Positions 38,801 through 51,600 of a stretch of 64,000 nt of DNA are shown here, in pieces. The first letter of the stretch is position 1. Each line of letters starts with the position of its first letter. The notes under the pieces are model-generated. The model was not told the origin of the DNA, made no database searches, and was given only the letters and a program-made list of their open reading frames with translations. Both the position numbers and the translations under genes were made by a program. This DNA comes from Lingula anatina (lineage: Eukaryota; Animalia; Brachiopoda): assembly GCA_051362555.1 (NCBI GenBank), contig CM120643.1, forward strand, positions 26,602,848-26,666,847, given 5' to 3'.

Positions 38801-41800
38801 TGGGTTTATTTCCATTTTTAACACTTTTTTAACATAAAACAAAATAAACAGTTTACTGCCATTTTTATATGACCAATGAAGAAAATTGATGAGATGGGAA
38901 AAGTATCAATAGAACAGTGTTAAATGTCCAACTTCCTCCATTCTGAGATTCTGAACATAGTGGATGAATGCATCTGACAAACTGCAATGATATGAGTTTA
39001 TTTCCATTTTTGACACTTTATTACACAATACATGATAACAAGTTTACCATCATTTTTACAAAATCAACTAACAATGTTGTAAAGATGCAGGAAATGTCAA
39101 ACAAACACTTTTACGTATCTTATTAGTTCAATAATGAGACTGTTCACATGCCTAAGAATTGAATGTGAGGAAATGTGAAAAAACAGCATAACTTCTAAAA
39201 TAATGGACTGATTATGCTGATTTTCAAACTCAACCTGCGTTTTAGTAAGATTGGCCCCTCCTGTGAGTATAATGACAATTGGCCAATCTGTTTTTCTTAT
39301 ATTGTGTTATCAATGTTGCATATATACTGAAAAAAGTGAAAAAACAGCATAAATTCCCTATAAAAGACCCAATCGTGCTGATTTTCGAACTTGACCTGCG
39401 TATTATGAATATTCATCAGTTCTGTAAGTTTCGAGTCAAAAGGTAAAATGGTTTTCCACTTATCGTGTTATCGGTGCTGCATATATGCTGAAAAAAGTGA
39501 AAAAACAGCATAAATTCCCTAAAAGTGACCCGATCATGCTGATTTTCGAACTTGACCTGCGTATTATGAATATTCATCAGTTCTGCAAGTTTCAAGTCAA
39601 AAGGTAAAATGGTTTTCCACTTATCGTGTTATCGGTAAAAGTGCACGGCGACGACGGCGACGATGGCGACAACAGACGCAGATGATGGCTATATGTACAG
39701 ACACATCTGTGTCTGTACATAAAAATATTAAAAACATGTTTTGTAATTTTCATCATCACCTGTGAAATTTATCTCCATTATGCTCACACTGAGGGACTCA
39801 AAAAATTAGTCACTTAAAAACAAATGAAAAATGGTTTATAGAGAACACAATTTTGTCAACAATACGTAGTAATTTGGGGAAAAGATCTGAAATTTCCGTT
39901 TTTTTTTTGTTTTTTTTCATATATGTATAACAAATACTGTACACCTTAAGCCTATTCATAAAAACAAAGTGATTTTTGTTTTATTTTCCTTGAAATATAA
40001 GCCATGTAATCTTGTTAATTGACCCACCGCATTCAGCATGGCACACACATCTAAACAACAGGCAAACTTCATGAACACCCAGACCAAAGTTTGTATATAC
40101 CAGCTTCCTCTCTGAGGGTCCCGATAGGCCACATAACCTAATATCAAATATCAAATATTATATGGTATAAAATACTACCGTTCAATGAACTGTATATGTA
40201 GGTTTCAATTATCATTGTTTGATTAAACAGTGAAAACTCAGATTATGACCGTTTACCATGTCAGAAGTTGTGATATGATAAGCACACAAAACTGATGAAT
40301 CTTAAAGGGATAATAACTGTTTGTTTTGGCCAAAAAATGAATTTTTTCCTGGGGTAAACAACATTTTTTCCATACTTACCAATGGTTAACAAATCCATTT
40401 CTTCACTCAAAGTTAGTCCCTGTCTTTTTTTTCTTAAAAGATTGGTTTTATGTTAGATATAATCTCTTAAGAGAGATCTCTTCATATGGGATCTATATTT
40501 CACAATAAAAAACATTGTGAACAACTCATCAAAATATAATATATTCTATTTTACCACATAAATGGCAGTTATAGTTATTATTCTGATATCTGAGCTTGTC
40601 ACTGGACCACATGACCTCCACAAATGGCTAAACTCTGTAATAATCAAAAAATTTTTGAAAAAACCAGGGACTAACTTTGGATGTAGAAATGGACTTATTA
40701 ACCGTTGGTAAGTATGGGAAAATTGTTGTTTACTCCAGGAAAATTCATTTTTTGGCCAAAACAAATGGTTATTATCCCTTAAAGTAGGAAACATCTGACT
40801 CACCAGGCTCAGTAGGGTAGCCTATTAACATGTCCGTTCTAGTTGGAATGGTGGGGACAAGATCACTATCAGCCTGGACCCCAGAATCTTCCCTTCCTGA
40901 AAATATATAAATTGTTGCTGATAATTTGCGTACAGCTGAAAAAGAGGAAAATAATTTACATCTGTGAGCATGTTATCAATTTTAAAAAAATTATAAGCAC
41001 CCATAATTCTAAGCTATATAGCATTTATTTAATTTGTAAATGATGTTTCAGATATGGGATAACTGTCTGTCCACCAAGTTCTTACTGTTTGAAATGCCAG
41101 AAGACTTACAACATTTTTTATATAGCAGGTCCTCTGAAACAACATAATAACATAATAACAAATTACATGTAAACATAAGCCAGTGGAAATAAAATACTTA
41201 GTTCAGATAAGCACAGAATTGGGAGGACCTGCAGATTTCTTGTAGTATCTCAAAAGTGTTGCCCAGTTTTGTCTGATGTTTAGCAGTAATGCTGTATAAT
41301 GTCACTGTCACCTCTCTAATAAACCTTTTTATATCCAATTGCTACACAAGTTCCCTTTTTTCAATGGACCTGTTGATCATTTTTTTATCAGTTGTACAAA
41401 GATACAAAATGTAACCAAATATTGCTGATTGTGTGTGTGTATATATGGATCTAGTAATCAATTACTGATTCACAAGGGACTTTTTCTGCCCAAAAAGTTG
41501 CTTTGTTCAAACCCAACTCCTCTCCCCCAACCTCACCCCCTTGGCCATTTGGCATTTGAAACAAGTGAAAAGTGATATCCATTGTGATTACCCCCAGTGA
41601 ACCCCCAAGCCCCTCCCCCTTCCCTTCTCCTTCCACACCCACTCACTTACCTCCTCTACAAAACTGAAGAAAGAAGAGCTTTGGTGTCCCCTTCAAAGCA
41701 GGGCAGTTCTCGTTGTTAAATATATCAACCACTGTATCCATAGAGACTGTTTCACCATCTGTGCCATAAAATGCATCCTGTCCAGCGCCATGACTGAGAA

Positions 41801-42423
41801 TACAAACCACACTGCAGTTCACATCCTTCTGTTTCTCACTCCCAGCAAAATTCTTCAACTTTTCAATAATTGCCTGAAAGAAAAGAAAGCAGAGCAGTGA
41901 AGCAGACTTTTTTTTTTGCAGTTGTCAGAGTTTCGATGATAACAGTCCATATACTGCTACAGGTACTTGCCAGTATTACACGACACTATGTTTTACTCCT
42001 TTCCATTATTTAAAACACTGGACAGCAAAGATGTCATATGAAGAGAAACATCCCAGTGAAATCAGAGAAAAAATAAAACCTAAACATGTCATGATCCTAC
42101 ATAAGATACTAATGACAAATCACATGTAAAAGGTATCATCATAATCTCTCCCATATCTATCCTATGGAAAAAAATAAATTATTTCATACATTTTAAAACA
42201 ACTCACCTGGGCAGTCAGTCCAGTGAAATCATCAAACACTGTTACACCAAAGCAAAGCTGCTTGAACAGGGTCTCCAGTTTGGCAGCATCTACGTCTGTC
42301 CCATGTCTGGGGGGCAACACTTTTGTCTTGCCTTTTTTCTGGATGGTAATTGACTGCACATTGATTATGCAAGCACTTCCTTTGGGATGGTTACTCATAC
42401 GATATGCCTTTATATGTAAAAAA

Positions 42424-42474
<51 letters not shown>

Positions 42475-42967
42475 AGAAAAAGCAATGTGCAACAAGTATG
42501 ACACCTTTAAATTATCTTTAAGGATAATGGGTATTATAATGTGAATTTTAATATATTTAAATCAACAGATAAAAAACCATTAAAATGATCACCATATTAA
42601 GGTGCAATAAATCCTCTCACTCTAGACTTTGATCAGATATTGAAATTAATAATTGGTATTCATTAAAGTTAATCTTTTTAATTCTGTTATGTACACTAAA
42701 TTTGAAAATAAATTCACAAAATCAAAACAAGATAAATATCTTACCAATATAGTGAAACATTTTTGTGTCCATACAAGGTATAAAAAACTTTAAAAGAGAA
42801 ACAAATAATAAAAATAATTTTAAAAAGTTTTCACAAGCTTTCATAATTCAAACTGTAGATCACCTGATCTTTATTATCCTTGTAAAACTGCACTGTGGAT
42901 TTCATGACACTGACACTGTAATTGTCTGGCACTTTAACCTGGCCTAACTGAGACAGTGGGATTTCAC
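28769..42967 (-). CDS. Caspase catalytic domain exons (caspase-2/9-like)
   Basis: STVQFY...AYRMSNHPKG, RHGTDVD, ILSHG (catalytic His), PKLFFLQFCRG (catalytic Cys), DMLIGYPT, AYRDPQRGSWYIQTL, KQM...LFLFPG. Confidence 0.9.
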
Positions 42968-45643
42968 CTGTTGGATTCAATAAGAAACAGTTATAAATGA
43001 GAGATGCCTAACTGAAAAAGTGGGATTTCACCTGTTGGATTCAATAAGAAACAGTTATAAATGAGAGATGCCTAACTGAAAAAGTGGGATTTCACCTGTT
43101 GGATTCAATAAGAAACAGTTATAAATGAGAGTTGCCTAACTGAGACAGTGGGATTTCACCTGTTGGATTCAATAAGAAACAGTTATAAATGAGAGTTGCC
43201 TAACTGAGACAGTGGGATTTCACCTGTTGGATTCAATAAGAAACAGTTATAAATGAGAGTTGCCTAACTGAGACAGTGGGATTTCACCTGTTGGATTCAA
43301 TAAGAAACAGTTATAAATGAGAGTTGCCCAACTGAGACAGTGGGATTTCACCTGTTGGATTCAATAAGAAACAGTTATAAATGAGAGTTGCCCAACTGAG
43401 ACAGTGGGATTTCACCTGTTGGATTCAATAAGAAACAGTTATAAATGAGAGTTGCCCAACTGAGACAGTGGGATTTCACCTGTTGGATTCAATAAGAAAC
43501 AGTTATAAATGAGAGTTGCCCAACTGAGACACTGGGATTTCACCTGTTGGATTCAATAAGAAACAGTTATAAATGAGAGTTGCCCAACTGAGACAGTGGG
43601 ATTTCACCTGTTGGATTCAATAAGAAACAGTTATAAATGAGAGTTGCCCAACTGAGACAGTGGGATTTCACCTGTTGGATTCAATAAGAAACAGTTATAA
43701 ATGAGAGTTGCCTAACTGAGACAGTGGGATTTCACCTGTTGGATTCAATAAGAAACAGTTATAAATGAGAGTTGCCTAACTGAGACAGTGGGATTTCACC
43801 TGTTGGATTCAATAAGAAACAGTTATAAATGAGAGTTGCCTAACTGAGACAGTGGGATTTCACCTGTTGGATTCAATAAGAAACAGTTATAAATGAGAGT
43901 TGCCTAACTGAGACAGTGGGATTTCACCTGTTGGAATTAACGAGGACCAGTTATAAATGAGGGATGCCTAACTGAGACAGTGGGATTTCACCTGTTGGAA
44001 TTAACGAGGACCAGTTATAAATGAGGGATGACTCCAAGAGTGCAGATCTCCACCAAGGAAAAGGGAATTTAAAAATCTTTTAAATGTATTGATAGACCCA
44101 AAATCAGTTGAAATTGCATTCACTTCTTTTCCTCCTTAATGACTATCTGTCCTGAAGAGTTTTTAAAATGGAATGAACTTTTTTAGATATCTTGTTCACT
44201 TGAAAACAGAAAAAGCAATTCTGATGAAAACAAAACCTCCCAAATTGGAGGAAGTAATAAAATGTATATATCTAAATGACTGTGTCACATTTTTTTATTA
44301 GTTTTAATTCTTAAAAGGACCAAAAATAGTGTTTTACATAAAACTAAAACATTTTCACTACACATAAATTAATTACCTACTGAATAAAATAAAAGTAGTG
44401 AAAATGTCATTTCAATTCTTATCATTTGGTGTATGTTTAAAAGTTTTGACTTAAAAACAACAGAATAATTACAATGTTGTTTATTTACTGAGATCTATGT
44501 TAGCAATAATTCTTCAATCTTTCAAAGATACTTACAGGTCATAAAGTCAGTGATCCTTAAAAGTTAATTTTTCACTAACATTAGACAAAAACAATAAACC
44601 ATACTTCTCAAAATCAATGTTTTGTTTCTTATTCATTCAGCTTACCATGTGGCTTGACATCTTTTTCATGTTTGAGACACTTGAAAGATCCTCCTTCTCT
44701 CTGCTTAATACAGCTGGCACACAAGAAGCTGCAACCACACTCCATTGGCTCTGCAGCTAGAGTGACAAAAATGAAACAAGTCTATAATTATTATTATTTT
44801 CTTTAAAAATCAATTACAGCATTATTCTCATTATCATTAAGGTACCTCTCAGGACAGAATGCTAACTTAAAGATAGAATGCTCAGTGTTTAATGACATCA
44901 TGTCTTACATCAAGAGCACCGTGGCATACCTGTGTTGTGAACAAGGCAGTAGACACACTTTTCTGTCTTGAAGCTGTCGCCTGCTTCCAGGCCTGCATAC
45001 AAAGCTCCTCCCACATGTTGCTAAATAGTGATGCATAAAATTATTAAAGGCAGACATATTACCATTAGACCATGTACAGCCAATGACAATTATTTAGATT
45101 CTCTGCTAAACTTCACCAACTTTTAGCTTTATGACCAAGGTATGTGATTATCAAATACCCTTGATAAAATTACAATCAATAAATTTGTTTACAAGTACTA
45201 TAATTTTTAATTTTTATTGTCACTTGTAAAATTCATCAGTCTTTATTGCAAAAAAAGAATTTAGCTTTGAAAAATTTGTTTAGTTCAGGAAGTAAATCCC
45301 TTTATTGTAATACATTCATTTTTTTAACAAATAGAATTTCTCTATAGTTTTATTAAAATGTACATAACAAAAACGAAAACAAAAGAGCTAACCTTAAACA
45401 AATCCTGTAGTTCAGAAAGTAAATCCTTTGGTTTTATTCGTTTGGGAAATTGTTCTTTACACTTGCTTATCAACTGTGTATACTTTTTGGCTACTTCTTC
45501 AGGCCAAGACTGTAAATTGTATACATTTAATATACTGTGTATCAATATAATATTTATAGCATGTCAATAAAATATATACAATCGATACAATATATACAAC
45601 GTGCCAATATAATATAATATGATATAATATAATATTATATATA

Positions 45644-45684
<41 letters not shown>

Positions 45685-48600
45685 TACACCAACAAGTCAA
45701 CTAAATAATTAACTGCCAAAGGATATCAGATATCTTGGGCACCCTGCACTCAGTGAGCAATTGGCGCGCGCCACTTGCGCTGCGCCGTTATCTCATCGTT
45801 TGCGGGGGTATTTTGGTGAGATTTTTGCCTCTCGCATGGCTGAGCAAAATATCTCACGTGTTTGATATTTTTGGTCTCTTGGGGCAAATGTCTCAGCGTG
45901 TGCGGGGTGCAAGAGCCGATTGCTCAAGTCATGCCAATAATGCGCATGTGCCGGTAGCCGGAAACAAACAAACATGGCAGCCCCCAGCGAAGTCAACAAA
46001 ATTGTACACAGTTATAGTTAGTCTGATTGATTAACGTGACCATTTTCCATTACTATCAGAAAAAAAATCAATATGTAATGTTTCCTTAATCACATGATCC
46101 CAAAGTTCACAGTGCGTCCGATAGGCGCAGGCCAGGAGGCACCTCTGCTGCGCTCTTTCTGGGAGCTGAGGAGCACGAGCATCTGGCGCAGCGCAAGTGG
46201 CGCGCAAGTTGCTCACCATGTGTGGGGTGCTTAAAGAAACTTATTCTTATAATTGGAATTACCAAATTTAATTAAGAGCACGTCCCTATGCCACCCCCAC
46301 ACCCCCATTGCACACTACCTGGGTCCTTCAAACAACCCTTAATTGATTCCATTGATCCCCAAGCAAAATCCTGGATTCCTGAGAGACCTTGTAATCTTAC
46401 CACTGCATTAACGCCAAACATCCACAAGGAGTCCATACTTCCCCCTTCTTCCATGGGAATGAAATGTCCCTCCTCGTACCATTCATCATGAACAAAGGCG
46501 CCATCTTTTTTGTCAATGGCCGTCACATTGGTAAGCAGTTCCAAGTACACTGAAATGTGAGACGTAAAATATTTTTGACATGCACCGAGTCTTCACGAGA
46601 TAAAAGTCAGATTACTTCATGTAGAGTTTCAGAGTGGGTTTAACACCTCCTGGGCATGTACCACCAACTGGCACATCAGAGGACTAAGAACACCAGAAAG
46701 AGAGCTCAATTCTTGAACTTACCAACACCCAGACTGAAACAGTCAGTCTTATTTTTCGCTTTCCCAGTTTTCATGTACTGGGGACAGGCATAACCTGGGG
46801 TGTGACCTGTTCCTAGAGAATAAAGGAAAATGAAAAAATTATTACCCCCTGGAAAGAGAATTCCTTTGAAATAAGTGTAACTTGTAATTTGAGGCCACTG
46901 TCAGAGAGCAAGCAACATTCTTTAAGTTATTTATTTTATCTTATTTTTCATAAGTTGCTTTTCTCAAAATTTTGCTGTGACCCAATATCCCTAACAGTAC
47001 AAAAATGTATAATATACATTATAACATAAATATAAATTTAAATATAAATTTCATTTGTCAAAAATAAAAACTCACTTTTGGAAACAACTGAGACAGCAGA
47101 AGCCGACTCTGACCCAGCGTGCTTAGTCTTATACATCCTGGCAAATCCCATGTCACCAAGACGAGCATTGTTCCTGTCATCTAAAAACACATTGCCTGGC
47201 TTGATGTCTCGATGAAATATTGGTGTGCTACAAAAAAAGAACATAAATCAAAGAATGATTAGGAGTCTTTTTTTAAAGTATTTTTGAATTTTTGAAATAA
47301 GCAACTTCTAAACTGTATGAAAAAAAAAAACAGACACCAACCCAAGTGTTGCATTTGACAAGCTCTATAAAGCACAACAAACCAGAGGTCTCTACCTTTT
47401 ATAATTCCAGAATTACTGAGAGTTTTCGATATTGGCATCTGATGGCTGCTTCTCCCATGAAAATGCACCAATGGACCCCAAAATCATAAAGATGAAACTA
47501 AGCCCCAAGTGTAACTTCTCATCATTATTTAAAGCATAAAACGTTTCTTTTTTCCCCCCTTTTTTTAAGTTGGCAAAAACAAATATTTTTACGTAGAAAA
47601 AAATTAGCTCAGGCTGGTGGTACAATGAGTTTTTATCTTTTCATAAAAGAATGAAGTTACCCTGAGTCCTGCAGAAAACACACTGCATCTGCAAGTTGCA
47701 CACTTATCCTGAGTCTTGCTTTCCAGTCTAGTTGTTTGGCGGCAATTTTATCTTTCAATGTGCCACCAGTCATGTAAACATACACCAAGGCTTTGCGATA
47801 TCTGGAATGACATTTGAAATTGTGAACTATGTAAACTCTGCAGGTCTATCAAATCCTTTGCATTAAAAATACATTTTTAATTCACTTTTCATTTACGTCA
47901 AATTTAGAGACATGCCACCAACTGCTTTTCTTTCTTATCTCTTATCAGTGAGATAAAATTGCCAAAACAGCATCTTCAGTACCTGACAAATTTGTACCAC
48001 TAATATGAAATCTGATAAAGTATGTGATAATATTCACCTATTTTCATGACAATTTTCCTTCATTTTTCTATCTATTTATTCGTTTACTTATTTATCTTAT
48101 ATTTTTTGTTCAACACTTCTTTTACAGTGCATATACATTGCATAAGATATATATTATACTTATTGTTTCACAGATATTCACTTATTCAACCCTTATCAAA
48201 AACCAGACCCCTGTCTATCCTCACCCTCCTCCCTCCTCTTCACATACGCCAAGTGCCGTCAGCAGATAGGTGTACTTTAACTTGGCTATTTCCTTCTCCT
48301 TAAAGAAAAGGGGTTAAAATTACTGGGTTAACATGGTTTTAAAGCATTAGTACTCATCTAACTCATCTACGGGTGCATTCCCAGAGACTTAGATCGATCC
48401 AGAGATTTAGATCTGGATCGATCTAACTCCCTGGGGGTTCATGCTAAATTGCAGTCAGTCGAGCGCGCACGACAGTTAATTACCCCCTTACAGCTTTAAG
48501 CGGGACAGACGCTTAAGCCGGCTAAGCTGACAGCAATCTAGTGAGACTCCCCACAGGGATAGATCGATTTAAAATATGTGGGAATGGGGTCTAAATGTTA

Positions 48601-51600
48601 GACCAGTATTGGAAAAAACAACTGGAGTGAAGCCCAAGACAGAATATACTGGAAGAATACACTGCTAAGGCCTCCTCAAACAGTGGGACACTTTAGGCTT
48701 TGACTGATGACTGAAAGCATTAGTTACTATCCGGTACATTATCAAATCTTAATAATCATTATATTATAATGCTTTCCTCTAGTGAAAATCACAAGCCTGT
48801 AATTACATTTATGACGACAGCTTTGCATTTTTAAGTCCAATGGTTACTTATACTGGAAGAATTAAGAAAAGTGTCTAAAAATTTTTTTTACAAAAAAGGC
48901 CATACCCTATCAAACTCCAAATCTCCCTGGCAACTGCCCTCTTTGAGCCTCTTCACAGCAATTGCCCTATTTTTCAAAGGTCCATCGTAACAGAAAGTGC
49001 CTTGAAGAGAAAATTAGACTTTGAAGATTATACACAACACGTATCTTCAAAATATACTTTAATTGGTTTGACTTGATGTAATCTGTACACAGTATTTTTC
49101 TACTTCATATCTTATATCTAATTTCAGCCATAACATGCATGTCGCAAATCAAAAGACATGGATAACTAAGCAAAACATTACATAACATAATATTATATGA
49201 AAACCTTACATTACAAACCTTAACATGACATGAATACCTGTAAAATAACATGGAACTCGGCCAAATACAATATAGCAGAACACATCATAATATTACCCAT
49301 TGCAGAACAATACACTACAGCACAACATAACATAACATAGCACACACAACATAACAAATATAACACAATAACAAGGCAGCAAAGCTGTCAAATGTACAGA
49401 CAAAATAACAGAAAAAAGGATGCAAAAGAGGTCATTTTGCCAATTTTGATGCAATAATAAACAAGCCCGTGGAACTTCAAAGTCACACTTTGAAAATGCC
49501 AATATGTGAAACCGTTTAACTGGCAGTAAGAATTACCAAACAGACTGCATTGCCTACTGAAGCTGTATTTTAGTCCCATGTTTCTTTCCTGTAAGTTTGA
49601 GAACAGTAAGTGACATGCTTTTTCTTAAATGGTCATCATGGGAGCAGTGCCCAAAATAGTTTTTTTTTTAAATTTTGATGCAATATTACATAATGTTTAA
49701 CAGCATAATGACCATCAATTTTAATAATAAAATATTAGTTTCATGGATATTCAGAAAATGTGACTAGCAAAGGTCTTCAGGCCCATGGAACTTCAAAGTC
49801 ACAACTTGAAAATGCCAAAATGTAAACAAAGACGGCACTGTTCTGAAATGTTTTTTTTTTTTTCATTTTTAACAATTTTTTAACATAAAACAAAATAAAC
49901 AGTTTACTGCAATTTTTATATGATCAACTAAGAAAATTGATGAGATGGGAAAAATATCAATAGAATAGTGTTAAATGTCCAATTTCCTCCATTCTGAGAT
50001 TCTGAACATAGTGAATGATTGAATCTCACAAACTGCAATGATATGAGTTTATTTCCATTTTTGACACTTTATTACACAATACACGATAACAAGTTTACCA
50101 TCATTTTTACATAATCAACTAATAATGTTGTAAAGATGCAGGAAATGTCAACCAAACACTTTTACATGTCTTATTAGTTAAATAATGAGACTGTTAACAT
50201 GCCTAAGAATTGAATCTGAGGAAATGTGAAACAAGACAGCACTGTTCTGACATGGGTTTATTTCCATTTTTAACACTTTTTTAACATAAAACAAAATAAA
50301 CAGTTTACTACAATTTTTATATGATCAACTAAGAAAATTGATGAGATGGGAAAAATATCAATAGAATAGTGTTAAATGTCCAATTTCCTCCATTCTGAGA
50401 TTCTGAACATAGTTAATGATTGAATCTGACAAACTGCAATGATATGAGTTTATTTCCATTTTTGACACTTTATTACACAATACACGATAACAAGTTTACC
50501 ATCATTTTTACATAATCAACTAACAATGGTGTAAAGATGCAGGAAATGTCAAACAAACACTTTTATGTATCTTATTAGTAAAACAATAAGACTGTTAACA
50601 TGCCTAAGAATTTAATCTGAGGAAATGTGAAAAAACAGCATTGCTTCTAAAATAATGGCCCGATTATGCTGATTTTCGAACTCAACCTGCGTTTTAGTAA
50701 GATTGACCACTCCTGTGAGTTTAATGACAATTGGCCTATCTGTTTTTCTTATATTGTGTTTACAGTGTTGCATATATGCTGAAAAATGAAAAAACAGCAT
50801 AACTACTAAAATAGTGGCCCGATCATGCCGATTTTCGAACTTGACCTGCATTTTAGTAAGATAGATTACTCCTGTGAGTTTCATGACAACAGGCCTATCG
50901 GTTTTCTTTGGAATGTGTTTACAGTGTTGCATATATGCTGAAAAGTGAAAAAAAAGCATAACTTCTACAAAAATGGCCCAATCATGCTGATTTTCGAACT
51001 TGACCTGCGTTTTATGAATATTCATCAGCTCTGTAAATATAAAGCCCAAAAGTAAAACTGCCTTCCACTTATCGTGTTTACAATGAAAGTGCACGGCACC
51101 GGCGACGGCGATGACGGCGACGACAGACGCAGGTGATGGCAATATGTACAGACACATCTATATATATATATATATTTACTGTACTGTTTGAGAACAGTAA
51201 GTGACATGGTTTTTCTTAAATGGTCATCATGGGAGAAGTGCCCAAAATAGGTTTTTTTCAAATTTTGATGCAATATTACATTATGTTTAACAGCATAATG
51301 ACCATCAATTTTTAATAATAAAATATTAGTATCATGGATATTCAGAAAATGTGACTAGCAAAGGTCTTCAGGCCCATGGAACCTCTAAGTCACAACTTGA
51401 AAATGCCAAAATGTAAACAAGACAGCACTGTTCTGAAATGTTTTTTTTTTCCATTTTTAACAATTTTTAACATAAAACAAAATTAACAGTTTACTGCAAT
51501 TTTTATATGATCAACTAAGAAAATTGATGAGATGGGAAAAATATCAATAGAGCAGTGTTAAATGTCCAATTTCTTCCATTCTGAGATTCTGAACATAGTG

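Larger units (their letters stand above)
28957..39724 (-). mobile_element. Large HINE/Helentron-like repeat filling most of the last intron, interrupted by the BEL element and a small HINE
   Basis: Left end GGCAGCAAAGCTGTC-AA-ATGTACAGACA (hairpin plus subTIR) is identical to 49375-49402. Right end has (GGCGAC)n and palindrome ATGTACAGACACATCTGTGTCTGTACAT. 37430-39720 is homologous to the reverse complement of 61213-64000. Confidence 0.6.

Noticed and set aside
42943-44030. CRISPR-like regular array
   Set aside because: Units are identical end to end with no unique spacers, there are no cas genes, and the context is a eukaryotic intron.
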